Shown: positions 24,445-25,886 of the stretch, one piece after another
Layout: every line of letters starts with the position of its first letter
Position numbering within the stretch: position 1 is the first letter of the stretch
From: an uncultured Actinomycetes bacterium
GTDB taxonomy: Bacteria; Actinomycetota; Actinomycetes; S36-B12
NCBI GenBank assembly: GCA_964559285.1
Contig: CAZLHZ010000003.1
Location: forward strand, 1 to 25,886
Reading direction: 5' to 3'
DNA length: 25,886 nt
Notes under the pieces: generated by a model
Databases searched by the model: none
Seen by the model: only the letters and a program-made list of their open reading frames with translations
Told to the model about the DNA's origin: nothing
Made by a program: the position numbers and the translations under genes

Positions 24445-25338
24445 ATGGCATTCGCCCGGACCCGAGGGCGCGACGCGGCAACGCGTCGCGCCCTCGGCGC
24501 GCGCACGGTCTTCCTCGGACCTGGCCTGCTCTACGTCACGGCCTTCATGACCGTGCCGCTCCTGCTCGTCCTCTCCTACGCCTTCCTCACCCGCGGCCGA
24601 TTCGGCGGCGTGACATTGCCGCTCACGCTGGCGAATTTCCAGCGCGTCCTTGATCCGGTCTATCTCTCGGTCATCGGCAACTCGCTCCTCATTGCCGGCA
24701 TCACGACGATTCTGGCGCTCCTGCTGGGCTACCCGGTGGCCTACGCCATCACCCGGCTCCCGACGAAGTGGCGAACCATCGCCCTCATCCTCGTCGTGCT
24801 GCCGTTCTGGTCGAACTTCCTCATCCGCACCTACGCCTGGATCGTGCTGCTCAATTCCGAGGGTCCCCTCAACGGCTTGCTCATGGCGATCGGGATCGTC
24901 GATGAGCCGATTGGCTTCCTTTACAACCGTGGAGCCGTCATTGTCGGCCTGCTCTATGCCTACCTTCCCCTCATGATCCTGCCCCTCTACGCGTCACTGG
25001 AGCGCATGGACCACTCGCTCATTGAGGCAGCGACGAACCTCGGAGCAACGAGAAGGCGGGCCTTCCTTGATGTCACGCTCCCGCTGACACTTCCAGCCGC
25101 AATGGTCGGCTCGATCTTCGTCTTCGTCCCCAGCCTCGGAAACTTCGTCGTGCCCGAACTTCTCGGCGGCGGCAAGACCGTGATGATCGGCAACCTCATC
25201 CGTGACCAGTTCCTCAAGGCGCGGGACTGGCCGTTCGGGTCGGTGCTCGCACTGCTCATGGTCGTCTTCCTCATCACACTGTTCGCAGCCCAGGCGGCAA
25301 TCTCACGGCGCATCAACGGGGGGAGGAGTCGTGCGTAG
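24445..25338 (+). CDS. PotB-type ABC permease
   Basis: LLGYPVAY, LPFWSNFLIRTYAW, YAYLPLMILPLYASLERMD.SLIEAATNLGA, LLGGGK, DWPFGS. Confidence 0.95.
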   Translation: MAFARTRGRDAATRRALGARTVFLGPGLLYVTAFMTVPLLLVLSYAFLTRGRFGGVTLPLTLANFQRVLDPVYLSVIGNSLLIAGITTILALLLGYPVAYAITRLPTKWRTIALILVVLPFWSNFLIRTYAWIVLLNSEGPLNGLLMAIGIVDEPIGFLYNRGAVIVGLLYAYLPLMILPLYASLERMDHSLIEAATNLGATRRRAFLDVTLPLTLPAAMVGSIFVFVPSLGNFVVPELLGGGKTVMIGNLIRDQFLKARDWPFGSVLALLMVVFLITLFAAQAAISRRINGGRSRA

Positions 25339-25886
25339 GCTCGGCTGGCTGCGGCTTCCCCTCATTGTGGTGTTCTGCTTCCTCTACATCCCCATCGCCG
25401 TCGTCGTGGCAATGTCCTTCAACGCCAGCAAGCTGCCCTTCTCCTGGAGCGGCTTCTCCCTCCAGTGGTACGCCTCACTGGCGGCCAACGAGGAGATCCG
25501 ACAGGGTTTCGTCAACACGATGATCGTGGCGATCGGCGCCACGATCATCGCGACGATCCTCGGCACACTCGTGGCCATCGGACTTGCGCGATACACCCGA
25601 TCAGCACTCCTCGAAGCCTATGCCCTCACCCCCGCTATCGTCCCCGATCTTGCTCTGGCCATCGGGCTGCTCGCCATGTTCAGTGGGATCGGGATGACAC
25701 TCGGCCTGCACTCGGTGCTGCTGGCGCACATCGTCTTCGGCATGGCATTCGTGACTGCCGTCGTGACCACGCGAATGACACAGCTGGATCCGAGCCTCGA
25801 CGAGGCCAGTCGCGATCTCGGAGCCTCGGCATCCACGACCTTCTTCCGGATCACGGTGCCTTCGCTGACCCCTGCAATCGCCGCCG
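25331..25886 (+). CDS. PotC-type ABC permease (partial, runs off the right edge)
   Basis: GGAGGAG RBS and GTG 25331. Translates as MRRLGWLRLPLIVVFCFLYIPIAVVVAMSFNASKLPFSWSGFSLQWY, later LDPSLDEASRDLGAS (EAA loop). Not in the ORF track. Confidence 0.93.
   Translation, partial: MRRLGWLRLPLIVVFCFLYIPIAVVVAMSFNASKLPFSWSGFSLQWYASLAANEEIRQGFVNTMIVAIGATIIATILGTLVAIGLARYTRSALLEAYALTPAIVPDLALAIGLLAMFSGIGMTLGLHSVLLAHIVFGMAFVTAVVTTRMTQLDPSLDEASRDLGASASTTFFRITVPSLTPAIAA

Noticed and set aside
1-25886. tRNA/rRNA genes, CRISPR arrays, transposases, integrases, long direct repeats
   Set aside because: None recognised. Intergenic gaps are short (about 170 bp or less) and show no such patterns by eye.

Overview
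High-GC actinobacterial (Actinomycetota-type) chromosomal window, almost fully coding, with no rRNA, tRNA, CRISPR or mobile element seen. Left: a HdeD/DUF308-like gene tail, an IclR regulator, a PDZ + membrane-hairpin protein, a coupled ClC-type channel and aldo/keto reductase, and a small membrane protein. Middle (4326-17439): a cyclic-amide/(thio)hydantoin catabolic island. An ATP-dependent hydantoinase/oxoprolinase A+B pair diverges from a PucR-type regulator across only 22 bp holding two overlapping -10 boxes. It is followed by DUF917, a second B-less hydantoinase-A-like ATPase and a five-gene family-5 (Dpp/Opp-type) ABC importer. Right (17455-25886): the best candidate for an uncharacterised system. 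A tightly linked minus-strand operon (TetR, GT1 glycosyltransferase lacking the usual catalytic His, glucosamine-kinase-type phosphotransferase, stand-alone SIS isomerase, ADP-ribosylglycohydrolase-phosphatase fusion) diverges from a PotD/B/C-type ABC importer whose binding protein has lost several polyamine-binding acids. All family calls come from motif recognition by eye. No searches were run, and literature motifs are recalled from memory.
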